Below are positions 1 to 9,823 of a stretch of 64,000 nt of DNA, piece after piece. Origin of the DNA: Patescibacteria group bacterium. Its GTDB lineage: Bacteria > Patescibacteriota > Saccharimonadia > UBA4664. Below the pieces are notes generated by a model. That model was not told the DNA's origin. It worked only from the letters and a program-made list of their open reading frames with translations, and made no database searches. Numbering within the stretch: position 1 is the first letter of the stretch; each line of letters begins with the position of its first letter. The stretch spans positions 22,013-86,012 of the forward strand of contig JAQGHG010000026.1 of assembly GCA_028288925.1 (NCBI GenBank), read 5' to 3'. The position numbers and the translations under genes are program-made.

Positions 1-1
1 G

Positions 2-661
2 CGTCTCGTGACTATCAATCAGGTGCTCGAGGCCAGTACAAAGCCTGTGATCGTGGATGGCGACAGTGGTGGCCATGACCAGCACTTTGCCCAGATGGTT
101 CGAACTTTGGAACGGCTCGGTGTATCCGCCGTTGTTATCGAAGACAAAGCCGGGCTCAAGCGAAATTCACTACACGAGGACACCCACGCGCATATCCAGG
201 AGACAAAGGAGGCGTTTAGCCGAAAGATTAGAGCGGGTATAAAGGCCAGGCGAACCGACAACTTTATGGTGATCGCGCGTATTGAAAGCCTCATTGTTGG
301 TAGCGGACACGATGACGCTATCGAGCGCGCGAAGGCCTACCTGGGGGCCGGGGCAAGCGCGATCATGATCCATTCCAAAGACGCGACCGGAGCAGATGTG
401 AAGCGCTTTTCCAAAGTATATAATACGCTCCCGAATCGTCGTCCGCTTATGATGGTGCCGACTTCCTATAACGCCGTCTCTGAGGCTGAGCTCACATCCT
501 GGGGCGCCAATATTGTCGTCTATGCCAACCATCTACTCCGCGCGGCCTATCCAGCCATGGAGCAAGCGGCGCAAAAGATATTACAGCACGGCCGCGCGCT
601 TGAGGCCGAGCAGCTATGCTTGCCAATTCCAGACTTCCTAAAGCTTATTACGGACGAGTAA
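2..661 (+). CDS. pepM: Phosphoenolpyruvate mutase (5' end outside window)
   Basis: Diagnostic EDK-x5-NS motif (EDKAGLKRNS), DGDSGG, ARIES; frame open to window start; followed by phosphonopyruvate decarboxylase. Confidence 0.93.
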   Translation, partial: RLVTINQVLEASTKPVIVDGDSGGHDQHFAQMVRTLERLGVSAVVIEDKAGLKRNSLHEDTHAHIQETKEAFSRKIRAGIKARRTDNFMVIARIESLIVGSGHDDAIERAKAYLGAGASAIMIHSKDATGADVKRFSKVYNTLPNRRPLMMVPTSYNAVSEAELTSWGANIVVYANHLLRAAYPAMEQAAQKILQHGRALEAEQLCLPIPDFLKLITDE

Positions 662-664
662 AGT

Positions 665-1816
665 ATGGCCCAATCATTGGCCGGCAAGCTATCACCCAAG
701 GAACTTTATGAAAGCCTATTGGGCGCCGGCGTAACATTCTTTACCGGCGTGCCCGATTCGCTGCTGAGTAGCTTCGGTTTTTATCTCCAGGATCATGCCG
801 GCAGGCATATTATCGCCGCAAACGAGGGTAATGCCGTCGGGCTAGCCATTGGGCACTATGCTGCCACGACCGAGCTGCCGCTCGTGTATATGCAAAATTC
901 AGGCTTAACCAACGCCATGAATCCGCTCGTCTCGCTAGCCGGCCCCTCAGTTATGAGTATTCCGATGATTCTCATGATTGGTTGGCGTGGTGAGCCCGGT
1001 ACCAGGGACGAGCCGCAGCATACTAAGCTGGGTAGTATAACGACGGCCCTGCTAGACGACCTGGACATACCATACGTCATCCTAGCCGGCAGCGCGTCCA
1101 AAGCCATTGAGCAAATTGAATCGATGGTACGAACTGCGAGAGATGGTCAACGAGCGGTCGCAATTCTCGTCCGGGCCGGAACACTGGCTAGCTATGCGCC
1201 GCGTTCGCATCCCAAAAATAGCTATGAGCTGGCCCGTGAAGCCGCCATTACAACGGTACTTGACCAGTTAACGCCGTACGATATTGTGATCTCAACCACC
1301 GGAAAGGCCAGCCGTGAGGTTGCCGAATATATACGAAGTGATGGTGAGCCAGGCCCCCCAAGCTTGCTTGTCGTGGGGGCTATGGGTCACGCGTCGAGCA
1401 TTGCACTCGCCGTTGCTCTGGATCGCGCGTCCCAGCGAGTAATCTGCCTAGATGGTGATGGTGCGGCCATCATGCATCTAGGCGCCCTCACAACCATTGG
1501 CACAAGTGAGGCGAACAATCTGTGCCACATCGTACTAAACAACGGTTCGCATGAGTCTGTTGGCGGGCAGCCCACTGCTGGCTTCGCTGTTAATCTTGTA
1601 GAAATCGCGCGAGCTTGCGGCTATGCTAAAAGCATAAGCGTAGAGAACGGCGAGCAGCTTACTCAAGCCATAAAATCCACCCAAGATGTCGCATGCCCAA
1701 CATTCATCGAAGTTCGGATAGCACAAGGCTCGCGCTCAGATCTTGGCCGCCCAACTGAGTCCCCCGCCGAGAACAAACAACGGTTTATGAATAATCTAAA
1801 GGATCAATCGTTATGA
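665..1816 (+). CDS. aepY: Phosphonopyruvate decarboxylase (ThDP-dependent)
   Basis: FFTGVPDSLL, ANEGNAV, YMQNSG, GWRGEPG..DEPQH, DGDGA...NN ThDP motif; adjacent to pepM. Confidence 0.92.
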   Translation: MAQSLAGKLSPKELYESLLGAGVTFFTGVPDSLLSSFGFYLQDHAGRHIIAANEGNAVGLAIGHYAATTELPLVYMQNSGLTNAMNPLVSLAGPSVMSIPMILMIGWRGEPGTRDEPQHTKLGSITTALLDDLDIPYVILAGSASKAIEQIESMVRTARDGQRAVAILVRAGTLASYAPRSHPKNSYELAREAAITTVLDQLTPYDIVISTTGKASREVAEYIRSDGEPGPPSLLVVGAMGHASSIALAVALDRASQRVICLDGDGAAIMHLGALTTIGTSEANNLCHIVLNNGSHESVGGQPTAGFAVNLVEIARACGYAKSISVENGEQLTQAIKSTQDVACPTFIEVRIAQGSRSDLGRPTESPAENKQRFMNNLKDQSL

Positions 1817-2691
1817 AACGTAACAATCAAGCACCACTGGCCGCCCGACTCTGGGAGTATCAGGCTGAGCGGTCGCCGTTTATTCCGATGGTTGCTATGG
1901 CGGCGGTTAGCGCCGGCGTTTTGTACCGATTTTCGCACACGAGCTTCACTCGATATCTGATCTGCGTCGTGATTATCACGCTCTATCTCGTTCAGGTTCG
2001 CACGGCGGATGAAAAGAAAGATCTCGAACACGATAATCACTATTATCCGAAGCGACCAGTCCAGCGCGGCCTCGTGAGTCTAAGTGAGCTTGCCACGATC
2101 GGCCGAGCCGCTATCGCTATCCAACTTGTGCTGTATGCCTCATTCCTCGACCCGCTAATCTTTCTCCTGGGTCTTCTTTCGCAAGGGTATGCCTATCTCA
2201 CCCGCCGTGAGTTCTATGTTCGTGATTGGATAAAGCCTCATTTTTTTATTTATTACTTTGCGCATTACGTGCAGCTGGTCATCCTGTTTTTCGTTATGAC
2301 TGACATCATTCATCCAACAAGCCGCACAGCCGGCCAACTACTACTCTTTGTGATGCTCAACATTGCTGTAACTGAGCTTGGCCGAAAGAATCTACCAAAA
2401 GATCAGGATGTAGCTGGAGACACGTACTCATCGCACCTTGGGTATCGAGGCACAGCCATCGCGGCTAGTCTCGCCGCGCTGCTAAACGTAGCTTATACCG
2501 CGCATCTAATGGCCCAAAACACAGGGCCTATCGGCTGGATCGCACTGCCACTCATTACAACGATTGCGGTACTAGCCTGTGCGTATCGCTACGCCGTAAA
2601 ACCGGTAAAGGCTAATCAGACAGGGCTTGCGAATGCTGTTATGGTAAATTATGTAGCAGCAATGCTTGGACTTATTGTAGGCGCACGGTAA
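1813..2691 (+). CDS. UbiA-like prenyltransferase-family membrane protein
   Basis: Multiple TM helices, Asp-rich DEKKDLEHD followed by RPVQRG, later DTYS; ATGA overlap with upstream gene. Confidence 0.65.
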   Translation: MKRNNQAPLAARLWEYQAERSPFIPMVAMAAVSAGVLYRFSHTSFTRYLICVVIITLYLVQVRTADEKKDLEHDNHYYPKRPVQRGLVSLSELATIGRAAIAIQLVLYASFLDPLIFLLGLLSQGYAYLTRREFYVRDWIKPHFFIYYFAHYVQLVILFFVMTDIIHPTSRTAGQLLLFVMLNIAVTELGRKNLPKDQDVAGDTYSSHLGYRGTAIAASLAALLNVAYTAHLMAQNTGPIGWIALPLITTIAVLACAYRYAVKPVKANQTGLANAVMVNYVAAMLGLIVGAR

Positions 2692-5027
2692 TGGCCAAAA
2701 CCACACAAGGAACAAAAGCCGACAATCTTTCGCGCCTCGCGGCAGCCGGGTTTAACGTCCCAAAGTTCTATGTGGTGCCACCAACAGCTACGGCGCGGAC
2801 TGCCGGCGCCGCATTTGTAGACTGGAGCCACACACACGGAGTAAAATCCGTGGCTATTCGCTCATCGGGCACGATTGAGGATGGTAAAGACCAATCATTC
2901 GCGGGGCAATTCACGACACTACTTGGCGTAAGCGGCGCCGACCAATTTACTACCGGAATAGACAAAGTATTGTCGTCGCGAGCACACGCTGCCTATTCAA
3001 AAGCTCGGGGTAGTGTCTACGCCATTGTTCAGGAGTATATTGAGCCAGATATCGCCGGGGTGATATTTAGTGTCAACCCAGCCAATGGCAACCAGGAGTT
3101 TGTCATCAATGTTGCGGCAGGCGTGGGTACGGCGGTGGTAGAAGGCAGAGAAGCGCAGCAATACTTTGTTGACCGCCTTGATTGGTCAGATGTTACCAAG
3201 GTGACCCATGGCGAAAGAGAATTACTAGCACAAGCGCAGATCAAGCAACTGTGCCAGATCGCGACGCAAGCAGAAGTACTCTTTGGCACGCTCCAGGACA
3301 TCGAGTGGGCGATCAAAGACGATACCGTGTATGTGCTACAGAGCCGGCCGGTTACAAGCGTGAACCATCTAAGACTCTGGGACAGTTCCAATATATCCGA
3401 AAGTTTTCCTGGTGTCGTGCTGCCTCTGACGTTCTCGATCGCCAAGCGTGGTTATCAGCTTGCTTATAAAGCGCAGGCCTATGCCGCCGGCCTATCCTGG
3501 TACGAGCTGGAGGCAGATCATCGAACGTTTGACGGTATGATTGGTATTTTCAACGGCCGCATGTACTACAATTTGCTTCACTGGTACCGGTTTATCGCGC
3601 TTTTTCCCGGTAGTAGCAATAACCAAAAGTACCTGGACGACCAGATTGCCACGCAAGGTGAGGGCATACGCCAAGCTGCTACCGCTCGAAGTCTAAGGTT
3701 TCGTCTAAAATTCTACCTTCGTATCCTGTACAGAGCGGTTTTCTTCAGGTATGAACTGCGGCGGTTCTACCGGCGCTTCCAGCAGTTCGAAGACGACATG
3801 AGGGCATTGCCAGGTGTCGGCGACTCCCAAGTGTTGTTGCGCCGGTACACTCACATTGAGCAAACTATTGTCCCGCACTTTGGCCGTACGGTCGACAATG
3901 ACTTCTTTGTCATGATTTACCACGGATGGCTCAAGCGGCTACTAAGTGAAGTGATACCCGATAACACCAGTATCATCGGTTCGCTCAACGGTGTCGTGAG
4001 CGCCGAGCAGGCGACATCGTTGTACGATTTGGCTGAGCAACTCAGAGCCGACCAGCCGGCGCGCAAGCTATTAGTAGCCGGCGATTATGCCGCCCTCGAT
4101 AAACACCTCGCTGGCGGTCCGTTGGAGGCCGCCATTACGCGTTACATCGAAACTTTTGGGCATCGTTTCGCCGGCGACCAAAAGATTGAGGTGGAGAATC
4201 CAACGCTTCAGGAGCATGGCGTCTACAAGCTTATGCGCGCGTATGTGCAGCTGAGTAACTCCGAACTCACGAGCCGAATGACCGAAAGCCGTGCCAAATC
4301 CAGCCAGGTCGAACTCAAGATTAAGACGCGGCTAGGACCACTTCGGCGCCTAATGTATGTTGCTTTGCTCAGCCGCCTCAAACATCACCTCAGGCTACGC
4401 GAAAAAAACCGCTTGCTGCGGGGTAAGGCCTACAACTATATGCGGGAGTTATTTCCGAAGCTTGGGCGTGCTTTGGCCGACGAAGGAGTATTGGAAGCCG
4501 GCAACGATATCTTTTACCTGCAGATCGAAGAAATTTATGACCTCGTGCAGGGCTCACTGATAACCAATGACCTCGCCAAGCGTATCAAACGACGTACAGA
4601 AGCTTACCGCGGCTTCGCTGATATGGATATGCCTGAACGTTTTATTACCACCAGTTTGTCATCGCTCGAGAAAATAACTGTGACGAAGAATGCCCGCCCG
4701 CCCGTCTCGGGAGCGGCCCTAACTGGCCTCATTTCGTCACCCGGCACCATTGAGGGCCGTGTTGTGGTGCTTCGTGATCCGGTGATACCGGATGAGCCCT
4801 ACGATATCCTGGTGGCGGAGCATACCGATCCTGGCTGGACGCCACTCATCGCTCTGGCTAAGGGTGTCATAGTAGAGCATGGCGGTATGCTTTCCCACGC
4901 TGCCATTATTACGCGTGAGCTGGGTATTCCAAGCATCATTGGCGTCGCCGGTGCCACTCGGGAGCTTAAAACCGGTATGATTGTCCGGATTAATACCCAG
5001 AAATCCAGCGTTGAGATCCTAGGCTAG
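2691..5027 (+). CDS. PEP-utilising/ATP-grasp phosphotransferase (PEP synthase/rifampin phosphotransferase-like architecture)
   Basis: N-terminal RSS..ED..SFAGQF and QDIEWA..LQSRPVT; C-terminal phospho-His swivel TDPGWT..GGMLSHAAIITRELGIP. Confidence 0.85.
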   Translation: MAKTTQGTKADNLSRLAAAGFNVPKFYVVPPTATARTAGAAFVDWSHTHGVKSVAIRSSGTIEDGKDQSFAGQFTTLLGVSGADQFTTGIDKVLSSRAHAAYSKARGSVYAIVQEYIEPDIAGVIFSVNPANGNQEFVINVAAGVGTAVVEGREAQQYFVDRLDWSDVTKVTHGERELLAQAQIKQLCQIATQAEVLFGTLQDIEWAIKDDTVYVLQSRPVTSVNHLRLWDSSNISESFPGVVLPLTFSIAKRGYQLAYKAQAYAAGLSWYELEADHRTFDGMIGIFNGRMYYNLLHWYRFIALFPGSSNNQKYLDDQIATQGEGIRQAATARSLRFRLKFYLRILYRAVFFRYELRRFYRRFQQFEDDMRALPGVGDSQVLLRRYTHIEQTIVPHFGRTVDNDFFVMIYHGWLKRLLSEVIPDNTSIIGSLNGVVSAEQATSLYDLAEQLRADQPARKLLVAGDYAALDKHLAGGPLEAAITRYIETFGHRFAGDQKIEVENPTLQEHGVYKLMRAYVQLSNSELTSRMTESRAKSSQVELKIKTRLGPLRRLMYVALLSRLKHHLRLREKNRLLRGKAYNYMRELFPKLGRALADEGVLEAGNDIFYLQIEEIYDLVQGSLITNDLAKRIKRRTEAYRGFADMDMPERFITTSLSSLEKITVTKNARPPVSGAALTGLISSPGTIEGRVVVLRDPVIPDEPYDILVAEHTDPGWTPLIALAKGVIVEHGGMLSHAAIITRELGIPSIIGVAGATRELKTGMIVRINTQKSSVEILG

Positions 5028-6013
5028 CCAATCAGCTTCGACAAGGTGACGTAGCGACGAGTGGTGCGCACTCCTAGTCGACGCATTCGATAAATACTAT
5101 TACCCACCCGAACCGTCGAGAAGACCGCTATCTTGAGTCCGTCTTTCTTGGCTTGTTGATGGACACGGTGAATGAGTAGTCCAGAGACTCGCTTGCCCCG
5201 ATACTCCGGCAGCACACCAATTGTCTTGATGACAAGCTGATCGTCGTGCGGAAAAGCAACAATAAATCCAACTGGCCGGCCATCGTCTTCCAGAAAGTAG
5301 CTGTAATCTGAGTTGAAGATTGGCTCCAGACCACCAAGATTATACCGTCGCTCCTCCCAGCTAAGAACCGGGCAGTAGATACTTTGAGACGGAAAGATAG
5401 CATTCATAAGTTCGTGATAATGACGCAATTCGTCAAGCTTGGCAGAAGCATCAAAATGACGCACCTTCAAACTGGCGAGCGGCACCCGCGGCGTTCGGAC
5501 AAACAACCGGATAAACAGCCCGAAATATCGCGTTTGCCCCGAGACATAATGATTAAAGTCTCTATAGCCCGCCGCCCGAAAGACATCCAAGTACCAGGCG
5601 GGGTTAACTGGTTCGCCCGGAATCTTGTAGTCGCTAGCATCGTTCAGCCGGTAGTCGTAGGTAATAGTGCCATTGATGGGGCCGTAAACTCGTGTCACAC
5701 CCGGCTGTGTGGCCAGCCAATGCTCGGCCAGTTTAAGCACGGCAACACCCGCGTCTAGTGTAGTGGCACCAAAGAAGCCAATGATCCCTAGGTCAGGCAG
5801 CCGCTCATCGGTAAACGCGATCACATGAGCCGTGCCGTCCGCCGATTCTATACTGAAGGCTTTGGCTACCAGATGTTCCCAGAGCGGGTTATTTGGATGC
5901 AATTGCTTATCCCAAACAGCTTGAGCCACCGACCGAATCTCCTCACCGTAGGCAACATTCGTAATTGCCGTGAGTTGCCGAAGGCTAGTGGCGAGAAAAG
6001 GAAGTTTAGCCAC
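5024..6013 (-). CDS. GNAT-family N-acyltransferase
   Basis: IGFF..YGPING..N-terminal motif and C-terminal GVLPEYRGKRV acyl-CoA motif; GTG start chosen because it overlaps the upstream stop. Confidence 0.7.
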   Translation of the reverse strand: MAKLPFLATSLRQLTAITNVAYGEEIRSVAQAVWDKQLHPNNPLWEHLVAKAFSIESADGTAHVIAFTDERLPDLGIIGFFGATTLDAGVAVLKLAEHWLATQPGVTRVYGPINGTITYDYRLNDASDYKIPGEPVNPAWYLDVFRAAGYRDFNHYVSGQTRYFGLFIRLFVRTPRVPLASLKVRHFDASAKLDELRHYHELMNAIFPSQSIYCPVLSWEERRYNLGGLEPIFNSDYSYFLEDDGRPVGFIVAFPHDDQLVIKTIGVLPEYRGKRVSGLLIHRVHQQAKKDGLKIAVFSTVRVGNSIYRMRRLGVRTTRRYVTLSKLIG

Positions 6014-6623
6014 GGATGAGGTACAACCAAAGGAATATGACCGCGTAAACAGCCTCAAGCTGGGCAAAGATCGGGTGAGGCTTAAGGATCCGTATTGAAG
6101 ACACCATGAATGGGATCATCGCGGCCAGATATACAGCGGCCAGCCACCGATAGTGGGGGACAAATGCTAGCAGTAATCCATATTTACTAAACAGGACTGG
6201 TAGACCAGTGTAGTACAGCCCATCGGTTTTAACGTAGCCTCGAATAGTAAAACGGCCAAGCCGAATAACGCAGAAGACACAGTAAAAAGTCGTGATAACG
6301 AGCGACCACCAGTGCCAATTGAGCTGAATATTAATCACCAAAGCCGGAAACAACACCCAGCCAAGGACGTCATAGAGCGAGTCGAAAACTGCCCCGTAGG
6401 GCGACCCGCCATATTTCCTGGCCACCGCCCCATCGACATAATCAAGAAACATTGAAGCAAAGGCTAGAACCATGGCCAGGTACAATTGGCCATGGTAGGC
6501 TAACCAAAAGGCGCTCGTAATGAAAGCCACGGCAGTCAAAGTGACGTAGTCGGCCACGGAGAGTTCCGCCAAAACACCACCAGACCACAATTTTGCTCGA
6601 CCAAGCTTGTGCATATCGGTCAT
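6006..6623 (-). CDS. CDP-alcohol phosphatidyltransferase family protein
   Basis: DYVDGAVARKYGGSPYGAVFDSLYD matches DxxDGxxAR..GxxxDxxxD; RLGRF, YTGLP as in the PssA-like group. Confidence 0.88.
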   Translation of the reverse strand: MTDMHKLGRAKLWSGGVLAELSVADYVTLTAVAFITSAFWLAYHGQLYLAMVLAFASMFLDYVDGAVARKYGGSPYGAVFDSLYDVLGWVLFPALVINIQLNWHWWSLVITTFYCVFCVIRLGRFTIRGYVKTDGLYYTGLPVLFSKYGLLLAFVPHYRWLAAVYLAAMIPFMVSSIRILKPHPIFAQLEAVYAVIFLWLYLIRG

Positions 6624-6718
6624 GATACCAGGATAACCAGTCTTCCAACAGTCTGCGCCTCGTCTAAACATAGTATGGTAGGCTACGATAATATGTTTGA
6701 CACGAACACCCAACACAA

Positions 6719-7696
6719 ATGCTGAGAGCTAGTCTAAAATTTGCCCGGCCGCGCATTATTATCACATGTTTTGCAATTGCTACGCTGGGCAGCGCCGCAG
6801 CGGGGCGGGTCACACCGGCCGTATTGTGGTGTTTCTTGCTCATCATCGCATTTATCATCCACGCTAATTCCATCAATGATTACACCGATCTCGAGATCGA
6901 CCGGGTGAACTTAAAAAACGCCAAGGACCGCCCCTTAGTAACTGGCGACATAACGATCCCGCAATTCTGGCTTGTTCACGGTCTAAGCGGAGGGGCAATG
7001 TTACTGTTGTCGGTTCCGTTTGGCTGGCGCGGGGTAGCAGCTTCGGCTGTTGTTGTGGTCATCGATTATTTGTATTCTCTACGGCCCATACGTGTCGCCG
7101 ACCGGCCATATGCTACGCCGCTGGCACTCGCGGGCACGTACGTATACTACTCATTCTCACTTGGGCTATGGTCGGCCCACACCCATGCTGCCTACCCTTG
7201 GATGCTATCCGTCGCGCTTTTCCTCGCGTTCTTGGCGAGACTTCTCCTTAAAGATTTTCGAGACAAAAAAGGTGACAAGCGTTACGGTAAGGAGACGTTC
7301 CTGCTGCGTCACGGTTCTACGACGACCTGCGTAGTCAGCGGTCTGTTATGGGTCTGCGCGGTCGGAAGCACTTTTCTAGCCCGCGCGCCCTGGCCAACCA
7401 TCGTGGTTCTTATTGTTGGTACAGTCATGGTTGGCCTTTGGCTCAAGCGATTATCTGGCCTAGCGGATGTCCAAGATCAACAACGGATGGTAACTGCCAT
7501 AGCCAACGCCGCCAATATCGCCATCGTCGCGCTCCTCGTGGGCTATGTGTGTCGCGATATAGGGGCATCACAGCTTGCGTCAAGCGTCAGTGTGCTTGTG
7601 ATTGGAGCAGGGGCACTCGGATACAATTGGTTTCGCACTAGACACATTACTCAAGCCAGGCGGCCGGTTGATCATAGCCGGGTGCCCTCTACGTGA
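6719..7696 (+). CDS. UbiA-family prenyltransferase
   Basis: NDYTDLEID..RPL, YS..P, KDFRDKKGD Asp-rich motifs; polytopic membrane protein. Confidence 0.88.
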   Translation: MLRASLKFARPRIIITCFAIATLGSAAAGRVTPAVLWCFLLIIAFIIHANSINDYTDLEIDRVNLKNAKDRPLVTGDITIPQFWLVHGLSGGAMLLLSVPFGWRGVAASAVVVVIDYLYSLRPIRVADRPYATPLALAGTYVYYSFSLGLWSAHTHAAYPWMLSVALFLAFLARLLLKDFRDKKGDKRYGKETFLLRHGSTTTCVVSGLLWVCAVGSTFLARAPWPTIVVLIVGTVMVGLWLKRLSGLADVQDQQRMVTAIANAANIAIVALLVGYVCRDIGASQLASSVSVLVIGAGALGYNWFRTRHITQARRPVDHSRVPST

Positions 7697-7851
7697 TAAT
7701 CCACCTCCCACACCCGCGGAGTACGATAAAATGAAGCCGTTTATGGTATGCGAACACACCTATGCAAAAGGGTTCTCATTGACCTAAGCGGAGCGAGTGG
7801 CTATGGTTATATAAAGCTAATGCTTACTTTTAGAGAGGGTAGTCGTAGTCA

Positions 7852-8499
7852 ATGAGTAGTTTTATGTCATCCGTGGTAGTTCCTCTGTATTTTATCCATA
7901 TTACGATCGCGTTCATCATCTTGGCCTGGTGGTTCACACGCAAGAAAGCACAAGCACTTAAATACTTTGGCTGGGGGCTCACTGGCTACGCGCTAGGCAT
8001 TGGCGCCTGGACGCTCGTTGTGCTCACGAAACCAGCCAGCCTAGAACCACCTATTCTCATCGGCGTCGTGCCGTTCCTGCTCGCCCACGTCGCGTTTGCT
8101 AAGGCGACAATGCTCAGGACGAAGTCTAAACTTGTCCTACCGCTTACAGTGTTGCTACTCGCCGCTACGTTTATTGCTCGTACGTTCTACTTCCAATCAA
8201 AGCCATACTTTTCCGATCAGGGCTACTTCTTTTTCGGGCTGATGGCGGTACCACTTGCATTTTATATCGCGACAATCGCCGTAAGCTTCCTTTCGGCTAG
8301 CATCACCGCCATGGGTGACATCAAGAGCACGACGGTCCGCAGAATTATGACATCGGGGCTCATAGGCGTCTTCATTAACATGGTTATTCAAATATCCGTA
8401 CAAGATGAGAGTCTGCGGATCATCAACGCTGTTGTTGCTACCGTCACCCTCTTCGGGCTCTGGGTAACCGCGGTCACCCACCAAAGCGAGAAAATCTAA
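7852..8499 (+). CDS. Hypothetical ~7-TM membrane protein
   Basis: About seven hydrophobic segments; GAGAGGG SD-like upstream. Confidence 0.7.
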   Translation: MSSFMSSVVVPLYFIHITIAFIILAWWFTRKKAQALKYFGWGLTGYALGIGAWTLVVLTKPASLEPPILIGVVPFLLAHVAFAKATMLRTKSKLVLPLTVLLLAATFIARTFYFQSKPYFSDQGYFFFGLMAVPLAFYIATIAVSFLSASITAMGDIKSTTVRRIMTSGLIGVFINMVIQISVQDESLRIINAVVATVTLFGLWVTAVTHQSEKI

Positions 8500-8506
8500 C
8501 CCCCGC

Positions 8507-9169
8507 CTAAACCTGAAGTCGTTGCGTTGCTTGGATATCATTTGAGGCAAGAGAAAACACACGTGACATCAGCTCGTCCGGCGTAGCCGCTTGCGTGCAA
8601 ACAAACGGTTCGCCAATGGTGAGACGACAGCTGAATCGACTCTGCCAAGCCAAGTGCATGGGCAGTAGGTGCACCCCCGGCTCTACGGCCAAGGCCGCGA
8701 TGCCAGGTCTGGCGACAAGCTCAGGGGAGCGGCCGCCCTGCGGAAAGATGACAATCGTTTGGCCCGCTATTAATAGCCGTTTCGAGTGCTCGAGACCGTA
8801 AGGCAAACTAATGTGCTTTTGAGCTGGGAATCCACCACATAGCCGGAGTAGTATGCGGAGCCAAGCGTTATCAAAGTATCGGTTCAGGACAAGAAACCGG
8901 TAGGGAATGAGCTGAAAAATTGACCTCGCGGGCAACGACACTACCATAAGGAGCGGATCCAACATACTGCGATGATTGGCGTAGATTACGTTAGGTTCTA
9001 AAGTAGCATGTATGTTGGCCGGCCGACGAAGCCCACCGCGCAGAATCAAAAGGCGCATGACCCACAGGCCGGGGTAAAGGCTGAGTTGAGTTACGAGAAT
9101 TGCCCACCGCCAAGCGGAGTGTTCATTGCGTGACGAGTTAGCTGTGTCATGTATGGTGCTAGGCAACAT
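8507..9169 (-). CDS. Lysophospholipid acyltransferase (PlsC-like)
   Basis: NHRSMLD (HX4D) and IFPQGGRS motifs. Confidence 0.8.
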   Translation of the reverse strand: MLPSTIHDTANSSRNEHSAWRWAILVTQLSLYPGLWVMRLLILRGGLRRPANIHATLEPNVIYANHRSMLDPLLMVVSLPARSIFQLIPYRFLVLNRYFDNAWLRILLRLCGGFPAQKHISLPYGLEHSKRLLIAGQTIVIFPQGGRSPELVARPGIAALAVEPGVHLLPMHLAWQSRFSCRLTIGEPFVCTQAATPDELMSRVFSLASNDIQATQRLQV

Positions 9170-9206
9170 GCATCTAGTATCGCATACCAATTGATATACT
9201 ACTTTT

Positions 9207-9653
9207 ATGAATCAGCCACCAATCTCAGAAGTTACGCATCATTACGCCGGAGTATTCCTTGTAACAGCATCCGGTAAGATCATCGGTCAGCAGCGCGACA
9301 ACAAGCCTGGTATCGACAATCCAAACCGCATCGGTAGTTTTGGCGGTACGATCGAAGATGGTGAAGACCCACTCGCCGGTGCTTGGCGCGAATTGGTCGA
9401 AGAAGAGACGAATTTAGAAATTAGCAAAGAAGACGTTCACTTATACTCCGAAGATGTTGCCTGGCGTAAACTGACAAACGAATGGGAAGGCCGGCATTTT
9501 TATTACGCAAAAATTACCGATGCGGCTCTTGACCAACTCGAAGTGTACGAAGGACAGGGCTGGGCGGTCATTGAATCTCCGGAAGACAAGCTGGTTATCG
9601 ACCTATGGCGTGAGCCGGTGAAGAAGCTACAGATGGCTTTGAAAAAGCCATGA
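9207..9653 (+). CDS. NUDIX hydrolase
   Basis: GGTIEDGEDPLAGAWRELVEEETNL Nudix box. Confidence 0.88.
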   Translation: MNQPPISEVTHHYAGVFLVTASGKIIGQQRDNKPGIDNPNRIGSFGGTIEDGEDPLAGAWRELVEEETNLEISKEDVHLYSEDVAWRKLTNEWEGRHFYYAKITDAALDQLEVYEGQGWAVIESPEDKLVIDLWREPVKKLQMALKKP

Positions 9654-9823
9654 GATTATTCCGTGATATTCACCAGTTCAGGGCCTCCGATGCCCCGCCA
9701 CCTAGCAGTTCTTCACGGGCTTTGAACAAGTGTTCTATGCGAGAAATTCGCTACCTCTGAGAAGATTTTGCGCGGCAAGTAGTTTCTTCGTCTTACCCAA
9801 GCGTTTTTTGTTATAGTACGCAC

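Noticed and set aside
2691-5027. Calling the PEP-utilising enzyme a rifampin resistance gene or ppsA
   Set aside because: Domain order fits the RPH-like class, but the biosynthetic context argues against assigning either function
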